From assembly GCF_003334765.1 (NCBI RefSeq), contig NZ_QOWT01000002.1: a DNA stretch of 64,000 nucleotides; one strand, 5' to 3'. Below, in pieces: positions 1 through 12,174 of this stretch (within the stretch, counting starts at the first letter, position 1; each line of letters opens with the position of its first letter). This DNA comes from Escherichia coli (GTDB taxonomy: Bacteria; Pseudomonadota; Gammaproteobacteria; Enterobacterales; Enterobacteriaceae). Both the position numbers and the translations under genes were made by a program. The notes under the pieces were generated by a model, which was not told the DNA's origin, ran no database searches, and was given only the letters and a program-made list of their open reading frames with translations.

Positions 1-948
1 GCTGGCACGAGGATCAATATTGCCTGCTGCCCCCTGCAAGGCCAGTTCGGTGGCTAATTTCGCCATTGAAGCAATGGGATAACGCACGGTCGTTAATTGC
101 GGGTCGGTGTAACGGGCGATGGGAATATCATCGAAACCGATGATTGAGAGATGTAACGGAATCGCAATGCCATTATCTTTTAATGCTGTCAGTGCGCCAG
201 CGGCCATATTGTCGTTATAAGCAAATACAGCGGTAAGTTGTAGATTGCGCCCCAGCAGTTCAACCATCGCCGCCTCACCGCCCGGCATGTCCGGCGTACC
301 AGCGCCAATCCAGCTTTCCGGCGGAATAATATCCTGCTCTTTCAACGCACTCATCCAGCCTGCTTTACGCATGGCGTCATCTTCAATGCCGTGGCTGGAA
401 GAAAGATAACCAATACGTTGATGACCGTTATTCAGCAACATGCGCGTCGCCATTCGGGCACCGCTGAGATTATCCAGGCAAACGCAACGATGGGCGTACC
501 CCGGCACAACGCGGTTGATTAACACCATACCGGGAATGTTATCCATAAATTGCGCCAGTTCATCGTCACTCAATGCTTTTGAGTGAACAATCAACGCATT
601 ACAACGCTGGCGAATTAACACCTCAATGGCGTGACGCTCTTTTTCCGCTTCATGATAGCTATTGCCGATTAGCACGTATTTCTGATGCTGCTGAGCGACC
701 AGATCCACCGCTTTTACCAGCGCGCCGAAAAACGCATCAGAAACGTCCATCACCACCACGCCAATGGTGTCGCTAACCTGAGTTGCCAGCGCCTGGGCAT
801 TGGCGTTTGGCCGATAATCCAGCTCACTCACGGCTTTCATTACTGCTTCACGCGTGTCGGCACTGACCAGCGTGCTGTTATTGAGCACCCGGGAAACCGT
901 TGCCACAGAGACGCCAGCCTGACGCGCTACATCACGAATGGTGATCAT
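1..948 (-). CDS. galS: GalS, LacI-family galactose isorepressor; start codon at 946-948, C-terminus runs off the window start (partial)
   Basis: Reverse-complement translation from 948 reads [24 protein letters not shown]..., an HTH LacI-type N-terminus; no stop before coordinate 1, so absent from the ORF track. Confidence 0.9.
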
Positions 949-1089
949 ATTCACTACCTGTTATGAGATTGCAGTAAATGACTGCTTGCTGGCGGCTATT
1001 TTGTCAGCACTGAATACAGGACTTCGTGAATCGAGTCACAGCAATGGAAACGGTTACAGCCGTTTTGTTAACGAATGTGATCCAGATCG

Positions 1090-2247
1090 TTATCTTGATG
1101 TTTTAGATATTGCCGGTCCGGCAGCACGCAAAGTTAACTGACGCCAGAGCCATTCCACCGGCCCCTGGCGGAAGTAACGCAGCCAGATAACAGAGAAGAG
1201 GATATTCGCCAGCCATACCGGAATAACAAACGCCAGCAGCTCCAGGCGGTCAAAATGCATAAACAAACCGAGGTGGTAAAAAAGCGTGGTACAAATCAGC
1301 GTTTGCAATAGATAGTTGGTCAGCGCCATCCGTCCGACGCAGGCGATCGCAAGCACCAGCTTAAAGCGGCTCAATTGCGGCCAGAAGCCATAAAACAGCG
1401 ACGCATAGCCAATCGCCTGAAACGGCGCACTCAGTTCCCGCGGCATTTGAAGTAAGAAGGCACACCAGCGATACGCCCAGTCCAGCTGCCATTGCAGGGC
1501 GATGGCAGGAAGGTTAATGGTCACCCCAATCGCCACCAGCACAAAACCAGTACGACGATAGTGACGTAAGCTGAACTGCCCTTTCAGCCAGCCGCTGCGC
1601 ATCAGCGCCGCACCAATGAGCATCATCCCTGCCAGTTGCCAGCCATACTGTGCGCCCAGTGCCAGTAAACTGTTGCCAACACCATCGGCACGATAACTGA
1701 TCGCTTCAACGCCGCCGTGAAGCTTCCAGTATTTTTCATACAAAATAGCCGATGCATCCGGCGTCCAGGCGCGGCTGGTCTGGCTGTCGGAAATCAGCCC
1801 CAATAACAGCAAAACGCCAAGCCCCACCAGATAAAGCATGACGCCTGTATTAAACAGGCTTTTTACCGATGGCGCATCGCGCACCAGCCGCCAGCAGATT
1901 AAGCCCACCAGCCCGTAAGCCAGCAAAATATCGCCGTCCCAGAACAATAAACCGTGAATAAAGCCCAACAAGACTAACAGCGTTAACCGCGACTGGATCC
2001 AGCGTCTGCCACGGGGCAGCAACATTTGCAGGCCCGCACCAAACAGTAGCGCAAAAAGCGTGAGGAATTTCACCTGGCCGATGAGATCAAGAAATGCCCA
2101 AGTCCATGCATCCCGCGGCGTAATAGCACCGTACCAGGCGGGATTGAGATAAGCCGCCTTTGGTAGCCCAAAGGCGCTGATGTTTAATAGCAGGATCCCC
2201 AGAATGGCGACGCCGCGAACAAAATCGAGCGTGACGTTGCGCTCCAT
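1090..2247 (-). CDS. yeiB: Inner membrane protein YeiB (DUF418 family), 385 aa
   Basis: ORF track 385 aa, hydrophobic multi-pass profile, position between galS and folE. Confidence 0.9.
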   Translation of the reverse strand: MERNVTLDFVRGVAILGILLLNISAFGLPKAAYLNPAWYGAITPRDAWTWAFLDLIGQVKFLTLFALLFGAGLQMLLPRGRRWIQSRLTLLVLLGFIHGLLFWDGDILLAYGLVGLICWRLVRDAPSVKSLFNTGVMLYLVGLGVLLLLGLISDSQTSRAWTPDASAILYEKYWKLHGGVEAISYRADGVGNSLLALGAQYGWQLAGMMLIGAALMRSGWLKGQFSLRHYRRTGFVLVAIGVTINLPAIALQWQLDWAYRWCAFLLQMPRELSAPFQAIGYASLFYGFWPQLSRFKLVLAIACVGRMALTNYLLQTLICTTLFYHLGLFMHFDRLELLAFVIPVWLANILFSVIWLRYFRQGPVEWLWRQLTLRAAGPAISKTSR

Positions 2248-2263
2248 GGTTCCTGCCTTTTAA

Positions 2264-2932
2264 TCAGTTGTGATGACGCACAGCGCGCAGAAACTCGTGG
2301 CGCGTATTCTGACTGGATTTGAACAATCCACCAAGAGAGGTCGTTGTCGTGGCACTGGTTGCATCGCGGATGCCACGCGCCTTCACGCAGTAATGCACCG
2401 CGTCGATCGAGACAGCCACGTTATTGGTGCCCAGCAGCGTTTGTAGCGCAATAAGAATTTGCTGCGTCAGACGTTCCTGCACCTGCGGACGCTGGGCAAA
2501 GAACTGCACAATGCGGTTAATTTTTGACAGACCGATCACCGAATCTTTCGGGATATAGGCCACCGTCGCTTTGCCATCGATGGTAACAAAATGGTGTTCA
2601 CAGGTGCTGGTCAGAGTGATATCGCGCACGGTGACCATTTCATCGACCTTCATTTTGTTTTCAATGAGGGTGATTTTCGGGAAATTGGCGTAATCCAGAC
2701 CGGAGAAAATTTCATCGACATACATTTTAGCGATGCGATGCGGCGTTTCCATCAAACTGTCATCAGCCAGGTCGAGATTCAGCAGCTGCATGATTTCGGT
2801 CATATGACCAGCAATAAGGCTTTTGCGCGTTTCGTTATCCATTTCATGCACGGGCGGGCGCAGCGGTGTTTCCAGTCCTCGCGCAACTAACGCTTCATGA
2901 ACCAGGGCCGCTTCTTTACTGAGTGATGGCAT
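2264..2932 (-). CDS. folE: GTP cyclohydrolase I, 222 aa
   Basis: ORF track 222 aa, recognised FolE sequence ([13 protein letters not shown] motif). Confidence 0.95.
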
Positions 2933-3156
2933 TTATGATTTCTCCTGCAGGTGTGACGCCTCCGCCCTGCGTGGGGGCAAAGTTATTAAGCTGATTTACA
3001 GCCTGATTATTGTGCGTGAGGCGGCGCACATAATCCAGTATTCACAGCGATAATTATTGTAATTGCCGCTGCCTTTCATCAGCAGATGTTAAAACATCGT
3101 TATGCAAATACGGAAGTGAAAGTTACTCACAGCACATTGAATAAACGGTATGATGA

Positions 3157-4026
<870 letters not shown>

Positions 4027-4032
4027 AAGTCC

Positions 4033-4048
4033 GCCCGGTTCGCCGGGC
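4033..4048. terminator. GC-rich hairpin GCCCGG-TTCG-CCGGGC between convergent yeiG and cirA; likely bidirectional terminator
   Basis: Perfect 6-bp stem with tetraloop seen in sequence between two convergent stop codons; flanking U-tracts weak. Confidence 0.5.
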
Positions 4049-4057
4049 ATCTTCTCA

Positions 4058-6049
4058 TCAGAAGCGATAATCCACTGCCATAAAGTAACGACGTCCGTCT
4101 TCGTTATAGCTGTAGTCGTCACGACTGAGATCCTTGTCGCCAAGGTTCAGCACGCCTGCGCGCAGTTTGACGTCTTTAGTCACCTGCCAGGCCGCGCCGG
4201 TATTCCAGATGGTATAACCGCCCGGTGTTTTAGCCGTCGCGCTGTCGGCGCGTTTCTGCCCGGTATAGTGCCCAGAAACATAGAATGACCAGTCTTCCAG
4301 CGCCAGCGGTTTCCAGTCCAGCGTACCGTTAGCAGTATGGAACGGCAGATCGGATAGCGGTTTGTTTTCGCCGTTGCTGACATCACGACCATCGTTGTAG
4401 GTGTAGTTGATCGACAGTTTCCATTCATCGTTGAACGGAATTTTCAGTTCGGTTTCCACGCCCTGAATACGAGCTTTGTTAACGTTGTAGTAGCTAAATA
4501 CCGGTATGCGCCGTCCGTTAGCGCCCGTCTCAAAACCAACAAAGTTTTGGTAGCCCGGTGCAGCGTTGACGTCAGACGTACGGCTGATGCTGATACGATC
4601 TTTCACATCGTTACGGAAAACGGTAACGCTGGATTCAACCCCTTCCAGCCAGCCTTCTTCACCCATGTAGTAAAGCCCCAGCTCCCAACTTTCGCTGGTT
4701 TCTGGTTTCAGATCCGGGCTACCCACAATCTTACATGCGCCACGGCAGGAATTGCTCGTCCAGTCAGGGCTAAGTTGCAACAGAGAAGGTGCTTTAAATG
4801 CCGTCGCCCAGCCCCCTTTCACCGTTACGGTGTCGGTGGCGTTATAAACCAGGTAGGCACGCGGACTCCAGTGTTCACCGTAGGTTTCGTGATCGTCCAT
4901 ACGCACGCCGGTCGTCAGCGCCAGCGGCTCGAAGATCCGCCATTCATCTTCCACAAACAGCGCGTACTGGCTGGCAGACGTTTTGGAGCTGGTTCCCCCG
5001 GTCAGGTTCACCGCATCGCTAAGTTTGTCGTGACGCCATTCACCGCCAACCGTGAGAAACTGATTAATCGCCGTCAGCGGCAACGTGTATTTGCCGTCGA
5101 CCGTATTGCTTTCGGAAGTTATCGGGCTGCTGTTGCCAGGGTTTTTGTTCTCGACTTTCTCACCGTAGTATTTCAGTTCGCTGGTGCCGTAATCCCAACG
5201 CCCATTATGGCTGACGGAGTAGTTCTGGCGTTCCAGGCGGTTTTTGTCCAGCGAGTCGGAATCACGATCCTGACGGTCGAAACCGTATCCGGCAGTAAAA
5301 TCGTGATTTTGATTCGGTGTCCAGGCAAATTCGACATTGCCGTCGCGGCTGGAGAATCCTTCAATACGCGGCGTTTCTCCGGTATCGGTGGTCGTTGAGT
5401 TTTGCGGGTCATCCTTTTCACGTTTTGCCAGGCTGCCGTAAGCTTTCATTCCCAGCACACCATCAATTAATGGTCCACTGGTAAAGAACTGACCGTTATA
5501 GGTGTCACCGCGATCGCGATGTTCCTGAATGGTGGTATCGACGGTAACGGTACCCGACCATTTCTGACCGATTTTTTTGGTGATGATATTCACTACACCG
5601 CCGAGCGCATCGGAACCGTACAGCGACGACATCGGGCCACGGACCACTTCAATACGTTCGATGGAATCGACCGGGATCCAGTTCAGATCGAAATCATTGT
5701 GGCGGAAGACGGCATTGCGGGAGTTCACGCGTTTACCGTCGACGAGAATCAGGGTATAGCTGCTGTCCAGACCACGAATACTAACGCCCTTACGGTTATC
5801 CCCTTCGTTCGTCAGTTGTACGCCAGGCACTTCTTTGAGGACATCCTTCAGATTCTGTACCGGTTTTCGCTGCAGGTCTTCCTGGGTAATGACGCTGATA
5901 CTGGCAGGTGCATCTTTAAGATTTTGTTCCACGGAAGATGCAGTGACAACCATCGTTTCGCCATCATCATCGACCGCTAACACAGGCCATGCACAAGAAA
6001 TAGCGGACAAACACAGCCCGACCCGTACGAAAGGGTTCAACCTAAACAT
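4058..6049 (-). CDS. cirA: TonB-dependent outer-membrane receptor CirA (catecholate siderophore / colicin I receptor), 663 aa
   Basis: ORF track 663 aa; signal peptide, TonB-box region, C-terminal ...VDYRF. Confidence 0.95.
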
Positions 6050-6219
6050 TCCATATCTCCATGAGGTAACTACGAAAATAAAATGGGTTATCGCTCACAT
6101 CTTCTTCACGTCCCCTTGCGTACGGCAGCATCGCGGTGGACTTATTTTTTATGCAGGTGATCATCCCAGAAAGCCGGAACAGCCTCTGATTTGTCAGCCT
6201 TTTTTGATTGCGGCGTAAC

Positions 6220-6247
6220 GATAATGCAAACGATAACAATTATCAAT
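6220..6247 (-). promoter_or_regulatory. Fur-box-like sequence (GATAAC-A-ATTATC core) upstream of cirA
   Basis: gataatgcaaacgataacaattatcaat resembles the Fur consensus GATAATGATAATCATTATC; cirA is a known Fur-repressed gene. Confidence 0.6.
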
Positions 6248-6295
6248 CCAAATGTTAAATTTTATATCCGCATGATTTGTCAGGGAAATGGAATT

Positions 6296-6321
6296 GAAAA
6301 AGCCCTCTCGGTTGAGAGGGC
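6296..6321 (-). terminator. Rho-independent terminator downstream of lysP (hairpin GCCCTCTC..GAGAGGGC followed by a T-run on the minus strand)
   Basis: Inverted repeat plus A-run on the plus strand (T-run on the minus strand) immediately after the lysP stop. Confidence 0.7.
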
Positions 6322-6342
6322 TTAGCAAGGAAGGGAGGAAAC

Positions 6343-7812
6343 TTATTTCTTATCGTTCTGCGGGAACTTCATTTCGCTGTAGCGTACGAAGTGAGTTCCT
6401 TTAATCAGCTTGTAGCCGAACCAAATAATCAGGAACAGCGGGATACCAATATACGTTGCCGCTACGCCGCCCCAGTCAATAGTATCTTTCAGGAACGCTT
6501 CGTAGTTCTGGCCCAAAGTGATAATCAGACACAGAATGAATGCGAAGATCGGCCCCAGTGGGAAGAAACCTGAACGGTACGGCAGATCGTTAATGTCGTG
6601 TCCCTGCAATACGTAACCGCGACGGAAGCGATAGTGGCTAATGGCAATCCCCAGCCAGGCGATAAAACCCGTCATCCCGGAGGTGTTCAGCAGCCACAGG
6701 TATACCGTCTGGTTGCCAAACATGGAGGTCAGGAAGCACAGACCGGCAATCACCGTCGTCGCATACAGCGCATTACGCGGCACGCCACCACGCGACAGTT
6801 TAGCGAAAATGCGCGGCGCTTTACCGTCACACGCCAGGGTGTACAGCATACGAGTAGACGCATACATACCGGAGTTACCCGCTGACAGCACCGCCGTCAG
6901 AATAACTGCGTTCATCACCGCCGCCGCAGAGAGCAGACCCGCGTGCTGGAACACCAGGGTGAACGGACTAACGCTGATGTCTTTAACATCGTTACGCAGC
7001 AGGCTCGGATCGGTGTACGGAATAATCAGGCTGATAATCAGGATCGCGAACACATAGAACAACAGGATTCGCCAGAACACCTGACGTACCGCGCGTGGAA
7101 TGTTTTTCGCCGGATCTTCGGACTCGCCTGCAGCAATACCGATCAGCTCGGTTCCCTGGAAAGAGAAGCCGACAATCATAGCTACGCCGATCATCGCCGC
7201 AAAACCACCAGCAAACGGCGCTTCGCCGATTGTCCAGTTGCTCCAGCCCGCAGGCTGCGCGCCTTTGAAGATACCGATAATCATCAGCACGCCAACGATG
7301 ATAAAGACAATAACTGTCGTGACTTTGATCAGTGAGAACCAGTATTCCGCTTCACCAAAGCCACGAACTGAGATGTAGTTCAGCAGGAAGATAACGCCGA
7401 GGAACAACGCACTCCAGATCCAGCCCGGTGTATCCGGGAACCACCAGCTCATGACCAGCTGAGCTGCAACCAGGTCAACGGCGATAGTCACCGCCCAGTT
7501 GTACCAGTAGTTCCAGCCCAGCGCGAAGCCAAAGCCTTCTTCAACATAGTTCTGACCGTAAGTGGCAAACGAACCGGAAACCGGCATATATGCAGCCAGT
7601 TCACCGAGACTGGTCATCAGGAAGTAAACCATCAGGCCAATCAGCATATACGAGAGCAATGCCCCGCCCGGACCTGCCTGAGAAATCGTTGCGCCAGAGG
7701 CAACAAAAAGACCTGTACCGATGGAACCGCCAATGGCAATCATCGTCAGGTGACGCGCCTTTAATTCACGGCGTAAGCCCGGCGCTTCTGTGGTTTTAGT
7801 TTCGGAAACCAT
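6343..7812 (-). CDS. lysP: Lysine-specific permease (APC family), 489 aa
   Basis: ORF track 489 aa, recognised LysP sequence. Confidence 0.95.
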   Translation of the reverse strand: MVSETKTTEAPGLRRELKARHLTMIAIGGSIGTGLFVASGATISQAGPGGALLSYMLIGLMVYFLMTSLGELAAYMPVSGSFATYGQNYVEEGFGFALGWNYWYNWAVTIAVDLVAAQLVMSWWFPDTPGWIWSALFLGVIFLLNYISVRGFGEAEYWFSLIKVTTVIVFIIVGVLMIIGIFKGAQPAGWSNWTIGEAPFAGGFAAMIGVAMIVGFSFQGTELIGIAAGESEDPAKNIPRAVRQVFWRILLFYVFAILIISLIIPYTDPSLLRNDVKDISVSPFTLVFQHAGLLSAAAVMNAVILTAVLSAGNSGMYASTRMLYTLACDGKAPRIFAKLSRGGVPRNALYATTVIAGLCFLTSMFGNQTVYLWLLNTSGMTGFIAWLGIAISHYRFRRGYVLQGHDINDLPYRSGFFPLGPIFAFILCLIITLGQNYEAFLKDTIDWGGVAATYIGIPLFLIIWFGYKLIKGTHFVRYSEMKFPQNDKK

Positions 7813-8016
7813 ACAAAAATGCTATCCATCTTAAAAATGAGGCGCGATTGTAGCAGACGATTGGCAATCCTTCCGGCAGAAATTCACGGTTATAAGACAC
7901 CTTCATGATCGCCCAGGGATTATAAGTAAAGCAGCCAATCTCTTTTCTGGCGAATGCATGCTGAAGGCGCTGCGTCACGAAATCGACACAGCACCAGCAT
8001 GTTCTTGTACAGCAAC

Positions 8017-8898
8017 TTAACGCGGCACATTTGCGGGATCGCAATAGTCCAGAAAGCGCCGTAGCGCGTTGGAAAGGTGTTTTTGCCGATGATGTATACG
8101 CCACAACGTACGCATCAGGCGCGGCAGAGGGACCGCAACTTCACTTAATGTGCCTGCCTGCAATTGATCTTCAATCACACGTCGCGACAGGCAACTAATT
8201 CCCAACCCATGACGCACCGCATGTTTGATTGCCTCGGAGTTACCTAATTCCATCGCCATCTCAAACTTCGGTAAATGTGACAGCAACAGATAATCGACAA
8301 TCTCCCGCGTGCCGGAACCGCGTTCACGCAGGATCCACGGCGCAGCGGCCAGCTGTTCTAAGGTGACCGGACCACGGGCCAACGGCGAAGTCGGCGCGGC
8401 GAAAACCACCAGCTCGTCTTCCAGCCACGGTTCAGAAATGATTTCAGTGCTGTGGCACGGTCCTTCAATAAAGCCAATATCAACGCGGAAATCCAGCACC
8501 GCTTGCATCACGTCCTGGCTATTCCCAACGCTAAGTTCAATCGGCAACTGCGGATAATCATGGCGATAACGGGCGATAACTGCAGGCAGAATGTAGTTAC
8601 CGATGGTACTACTGGCATAGATACGAATCGCGCCGTTGTCTTCGCGAAACAGTTGTTCGATTTCAACCGCCTGTTCAAGCAATGCCAACGCACGCGGATA
8701 GAGCAGCCGCCCGTGTTCATTAACAACCAGTCTTTTCCCCACGCGATCAAACAGTTGCACGCCAAGCTGCCCTTCCAGGTCGGTCAAGGCTGCGCTCACT
8801 GCTGATTGCGACAACGCCAGCATCACCGACGCCTGGGTGGTTGATCCACTTTTCAATACTTCTGCAAAAACTTCCAACTGCCGGAGGGTGATGTGCAT
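8017..8898 (-). CDS. yeiE: LysR-family transcriptional regulator YeiE, 293 aa
   Basis: ORF track 293 aa; N-terminal LysR HTH ([20 protein letters not shown]). Confidence 0.93.
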
Positions 8899-8996
8899 AG
8901 TCGCTTACCACTTATAAAGATTAATTATAAATATATAATCAATTTTATTTTTAAACCAGTTAGTCGTAACCTTATGCCCGGTTAAAGGAGAGGGTT

Positions 8997-10046
8997 ATGA
9001 CGAATATCACCTTACAGAAACAACATCGTACACTGTGGCATTTTATTCCGGGGTTAGCCCTGAGTGCAGTTATCACCGGGGTCGCCCTGTGGGGTGGTTC
9101 CATTCCCGCGGTTGCGGGTGCCGGGTTTAGTGCCCTCACCCTCGCAATCTTGTTGGGGATGGTTTTAGGCAACACCATCTATCCGCACATCTGGAAAAGC
9201 TGTGACGGTGGTGTGCTGTTTGCCAAGCAATATTTATTACGTCTGGGTATCATTCTTTATGGCTTCCGTCTGACGTTCTCGCAAATTGCCGATGTCGGTA
9301 TCAGTGGGATCATCATTGACGTGTTGACGCTGTCCAGTACCTTCCTGCTGGCTTGCTTCCTGGGGCAGAAAGTGTTTGGTCTGGATAAGCACACCAGCTG
9401 GTTGATCGGTGCCGGTAGCAGTATCTGTGGTGCTGCCGCGGTACTGGCGACTGAGCCGGTAGTGAAAGCGGAAGCCAGTAAAGTAACCGTGGCTGTTGCA
9501 ACCGTTGTTATCTTCGGGACCGTCGCGATTTTCCTCTACCCGGCGATATATCCGCTGATGTCTCAATGGTTTAGTCCGGAAACTTTCGGTATCTACATTG
9601 GTTCTACTGTGCACGAAGTGGCGCAGGTGGTGGCGGCAGGTCATGCCATCAGCCCGGATGCGGAAAACGCAGCAGTTATTTCCAAAATGCTGCGCGTGAT
9701 GATGCTGGCTCCGTTCCTCATCCTGCTGGCGGCGCGTGTTAAACAGCTGTCTGGGGCGAACAGCGGCGAGAAAAGCAAAATCACTATTCCGTGGTTTGCC
9801 ATCTTGTTCATCGTAGTTGCCATCTTTAACTCGTTCCACCTGTTACCGCAGAGCGTGGTGAACATGCTGGTAACGCTGGATACCTTCCTGCTGGCAATGG
9901 CGATGGCGGCGCTGGGTCTGACCACTCACGTCAGCGCGCTGAAAAAAGCTGGGGCGAAACCTCTGCTGATGGCACTGGTACTGTTTGCCTGGCTGATTGT
10001 TGGTGGTGGTGCGATTAACTATGTGATTCAAAGCGTCATCGCATAA
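8997..10046 (+). CDS. yeiH: Inner membrane protein YeiH (UPF0324), 349 aa; divergent from yeiE
   Basis: ORF track 349 aa, multi-pass membrane profile, good RBS (aaaggagagggttATG). Confidence 0.92.
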
Positions 10047-10060
10047 ACCACTACATCTTG

Positions 10061-10112
10061 CTCCTGTTAACCCGCTATCATTACCGTTTTCCTCCAGCGG
10101 GTTTAACAGGAG
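10061..10112 (+). promoter_or_regulatory. Long hairpin (about 16-bp stem with one bulge) whose 3' arm includes the nfo Shine-Dalgarno AGGAG
   Basis: ctcctgttaacccgct (10061-10076) pairs with agcgggtttaacaggag (10096-10112); nfo ATG at 10120. Confidence 0.5.
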
Positions 10113-10119
10113 TCCTCGC

Positions 10120-10977
10120 ATGAAATACATTGGAGCGCACGTTAGTGCTGCTGGCGGTCTGGCAAATGCCGCAATTCGCGCCGCCGAAATCGACGCAACC
10201 GCGTTTGCCTTGTTCACCAAAAACCAACGTCAGTGGCGTGCCGCACCGCTCACGACGCAAACCATCGATGAATTCAAAGCCGCCTGTGAAAAATATCACT
10301 ACACATCGGCGCAAATTCTTCCCCACGACAGTTATCTGATTAACCTCGGACATCCGGTCACTGAAGCTCTGGAAAAATCGCGCGATGCCTTTATAGATGA
10401 AATGCAGCGTTGCGAACAGCTGGGGCTTTCTTTGCTCAACTTCCACCCTGGCAGCCATCTGATGCAGATTTCAGAAGAGGATTGCCTTGCGCGTATTGCC
10501 GAATCCATCAACATTGCGCTGGATAAAACTCAAGGTGTGACAGCGGTGATAGAAAACACCGCCGGTCAGGGCAGTAACTTAGGGTTTAAATTCGAACATC
10601 TCGCGGCGATTATCGACGGCGTGGAAGATAAATCCCGCGTCGGCGTCTGCATTGATACCTGCCATGCTTTCGCTGCCGGGTATGATTTGCGTACTCCAGC
10701 CGAATGCGAGAAAACATTCGCGGATTTTGCCCGTACTGTCGGCTTTAAGTATCTGCGCGGGATGCACCTTAACGATGCGAAAAGCACCTTTGGCAGCCGC
10801 GTTGACCGCCATCATAGCCTCGGTGAAGGCAATATCGGTCATGATGCGTTCCGCTGGATCATGCAGGACGACCGTTTCGACGGCATTCCGCTGATCCTCG
10901 AAACCATCAACCCGGATATCTGGGCAGAAGAGATCGCCTGGCTGAAAGCGCAACAAACTGAAAAAGCGGTAGCCTGA
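10120..10977 (+). CDS. nfo: Endonuclease IV (AP endonuclease), 285 aa
   Basis: ORF track 285 aa, recognised Nfo sequence. Confidence 0.95.
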
Positions 10978-10979
10978 AG

Positions 10980-12068
10980 ATGAATAACCGGGAAAAGGAG
11001 ATCCTTGCAATTTTACGGCGTAACCCGCTGATTCAGCAGAACGAAATTGCGGACATGCTGCAAATCAGCCGTTCGCGCGTTGCGGCGCATATTATGGATT
11101 TAATGCGCAAAGGCCGGATTAAAGGCAAAGGTTACATTCTCACCGAGCAGGAATACTGCGTAGTGGTGGGGACAATCAATATGGATATTCGCGGGATGGC
11201 GGATATCCGTTACCCGCAATCGGCTTCTCATCCCGGTACAATTCATTGCTCAGCGGGCGGCGTGGGACGCAACATCGCCCACAATCTGGCGCTGTTAGGC
11301 CGTGACGTCCATTTGCTTTCAGTGATTGGCGATGACTTTTATGGCGAAATGCTCCTGGAAGAAACGCGCCGTGCCGGCGTGAATGTCTCCGGCTGCGTTC
11401 GTTTGCATGGTCAAAGCACATCGACGTATCTGGCAATTGCCAATCGAGACGATCAAACCGTGCTGGCGATTAACGATACCCATCTGCTGGAACAGTTGAC
11501 ACCGCAACTACTGAACGGGTCGCGCGATTTACTTCGTCATGCGGGCGTGGTACTGGCTGATTGCAACCTGACAGCCGAGGCGCTGGAATGGGTCTTTACC
11601 CTCGCTGATGAAATCCCGGTGTTTGTCGATACCGTTTCAGAATTCAAAGCGGGCAAAATCAAACACTGGCTGGTGCATATTCACACCCTGAAACCCACTT
11701 TACCGGAGCTGGAAATTTTATGGGGACAGGCGATCACCAGCGATGCTGACCGTAATACCGCAGTGAATGCATTGCATCAGCAAGGTGTTCAGCAACTGTT
11801 TGTTTATTTGCCCGATGAGTCAGTTTATTGCAGCGAAAAGGATGGAGAACAATTTTTGCTGACCGCGCCAGCGCATACGACAGTAGACAGTTTTGGTGCT
11901 GACGATGGTTTTATGGCGGGCCTGGTATATAGCTTTCTTGAAGGATACAGTTTCCGCGACAGCGCCCGTTTTGCGGTAGCCTGCGCGGCAATTTCGCGCG
12001 CCAGCGGCAGCTTAAACAACCCTACCCTGTCTGCCGATAACGCGCTTTCATTAGTGCCAATGGTGTAA
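10980..12068 (+). CDS. yeiI: YeiI, N-terminal HTH domain fused to a PfkB/ribokinase-family sugar kinase, 362 aa; substrate unknown
   Basis: ORF track 362 aa; kinase part aligns by eye with PsuK (GGVGRNIA.NLALLG, HTLKP); 2-nt gap after the nfo stop suggests co-transcription. Confidence 0.9.
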   Translation: MNNREKEILAILRRNPLIQQNEIADMLQISRSRVAAHIMDLMRKGRIKGKGYILTEQEYCVVVGTINMDIRGMADIRYPQSASHPGTIHCSAGGVGRNIAHNLALLGRDVHLLSVIGDDFYGEMLLEETRRAGVNVSGCVRLHGQSTSTYLAIANRDDQTVLAINDTHLLEQLTPQLLNGSRDLLRHAGVVLADCNLTAEALEWVFTLADEIPVFVDTVSEFKAGKIKHWLVHIHTLKPTLPELEILWGQAITSDADRNTAVNALHQQGVQQLFVYLPDESVYCSEKDGEQFLLTAPAHTTVDSFGADDGFMAGLVYSFLEGYSFRDSARFAVACAAISRASGSLNNPTLSADNALSLVPMV

Positions 12069-12074
12069 CAATGT

Positions 12075-12167
12075 TGCCGGATGCGACGCTTAACGCGTCT
12101 TATCCGGCCTACAAATCAGGCAATTTCAGCAAGTAAATGTAGGCCTGATAAGCTTGCGCATCAGGCA
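12075..12167. repeat. REP pair (BIME-like) between convergent yeiI and nupX
   Basis: gccggatgcgacgc...cttatccggcctac and gtaggcctgataagc...gcatcaggc imperfect palindromes, typical REP. Confidence 0.8.
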
Positions 12168-12174
12168 ATGACAC

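Noticed and set aside
4547-5398. 283-aa plus-strand ORF inside cirA
   Set aside because: Fully antisense to the well-supported cirA CDS, Arg/Ala/Pro-rich low-complexity translation typical of an antisense frame in GC-rich coding sequence, no RBS.
8899-8996. AT-rich yeiE-yeiH divergent spacer with TTATAA repeats, considered as a LysR T-N11-A box
   Set aside because: Several overlapping T-N11-A matches are possible in such AT-rich sequence, so no specific site can be assigned without footprint data.
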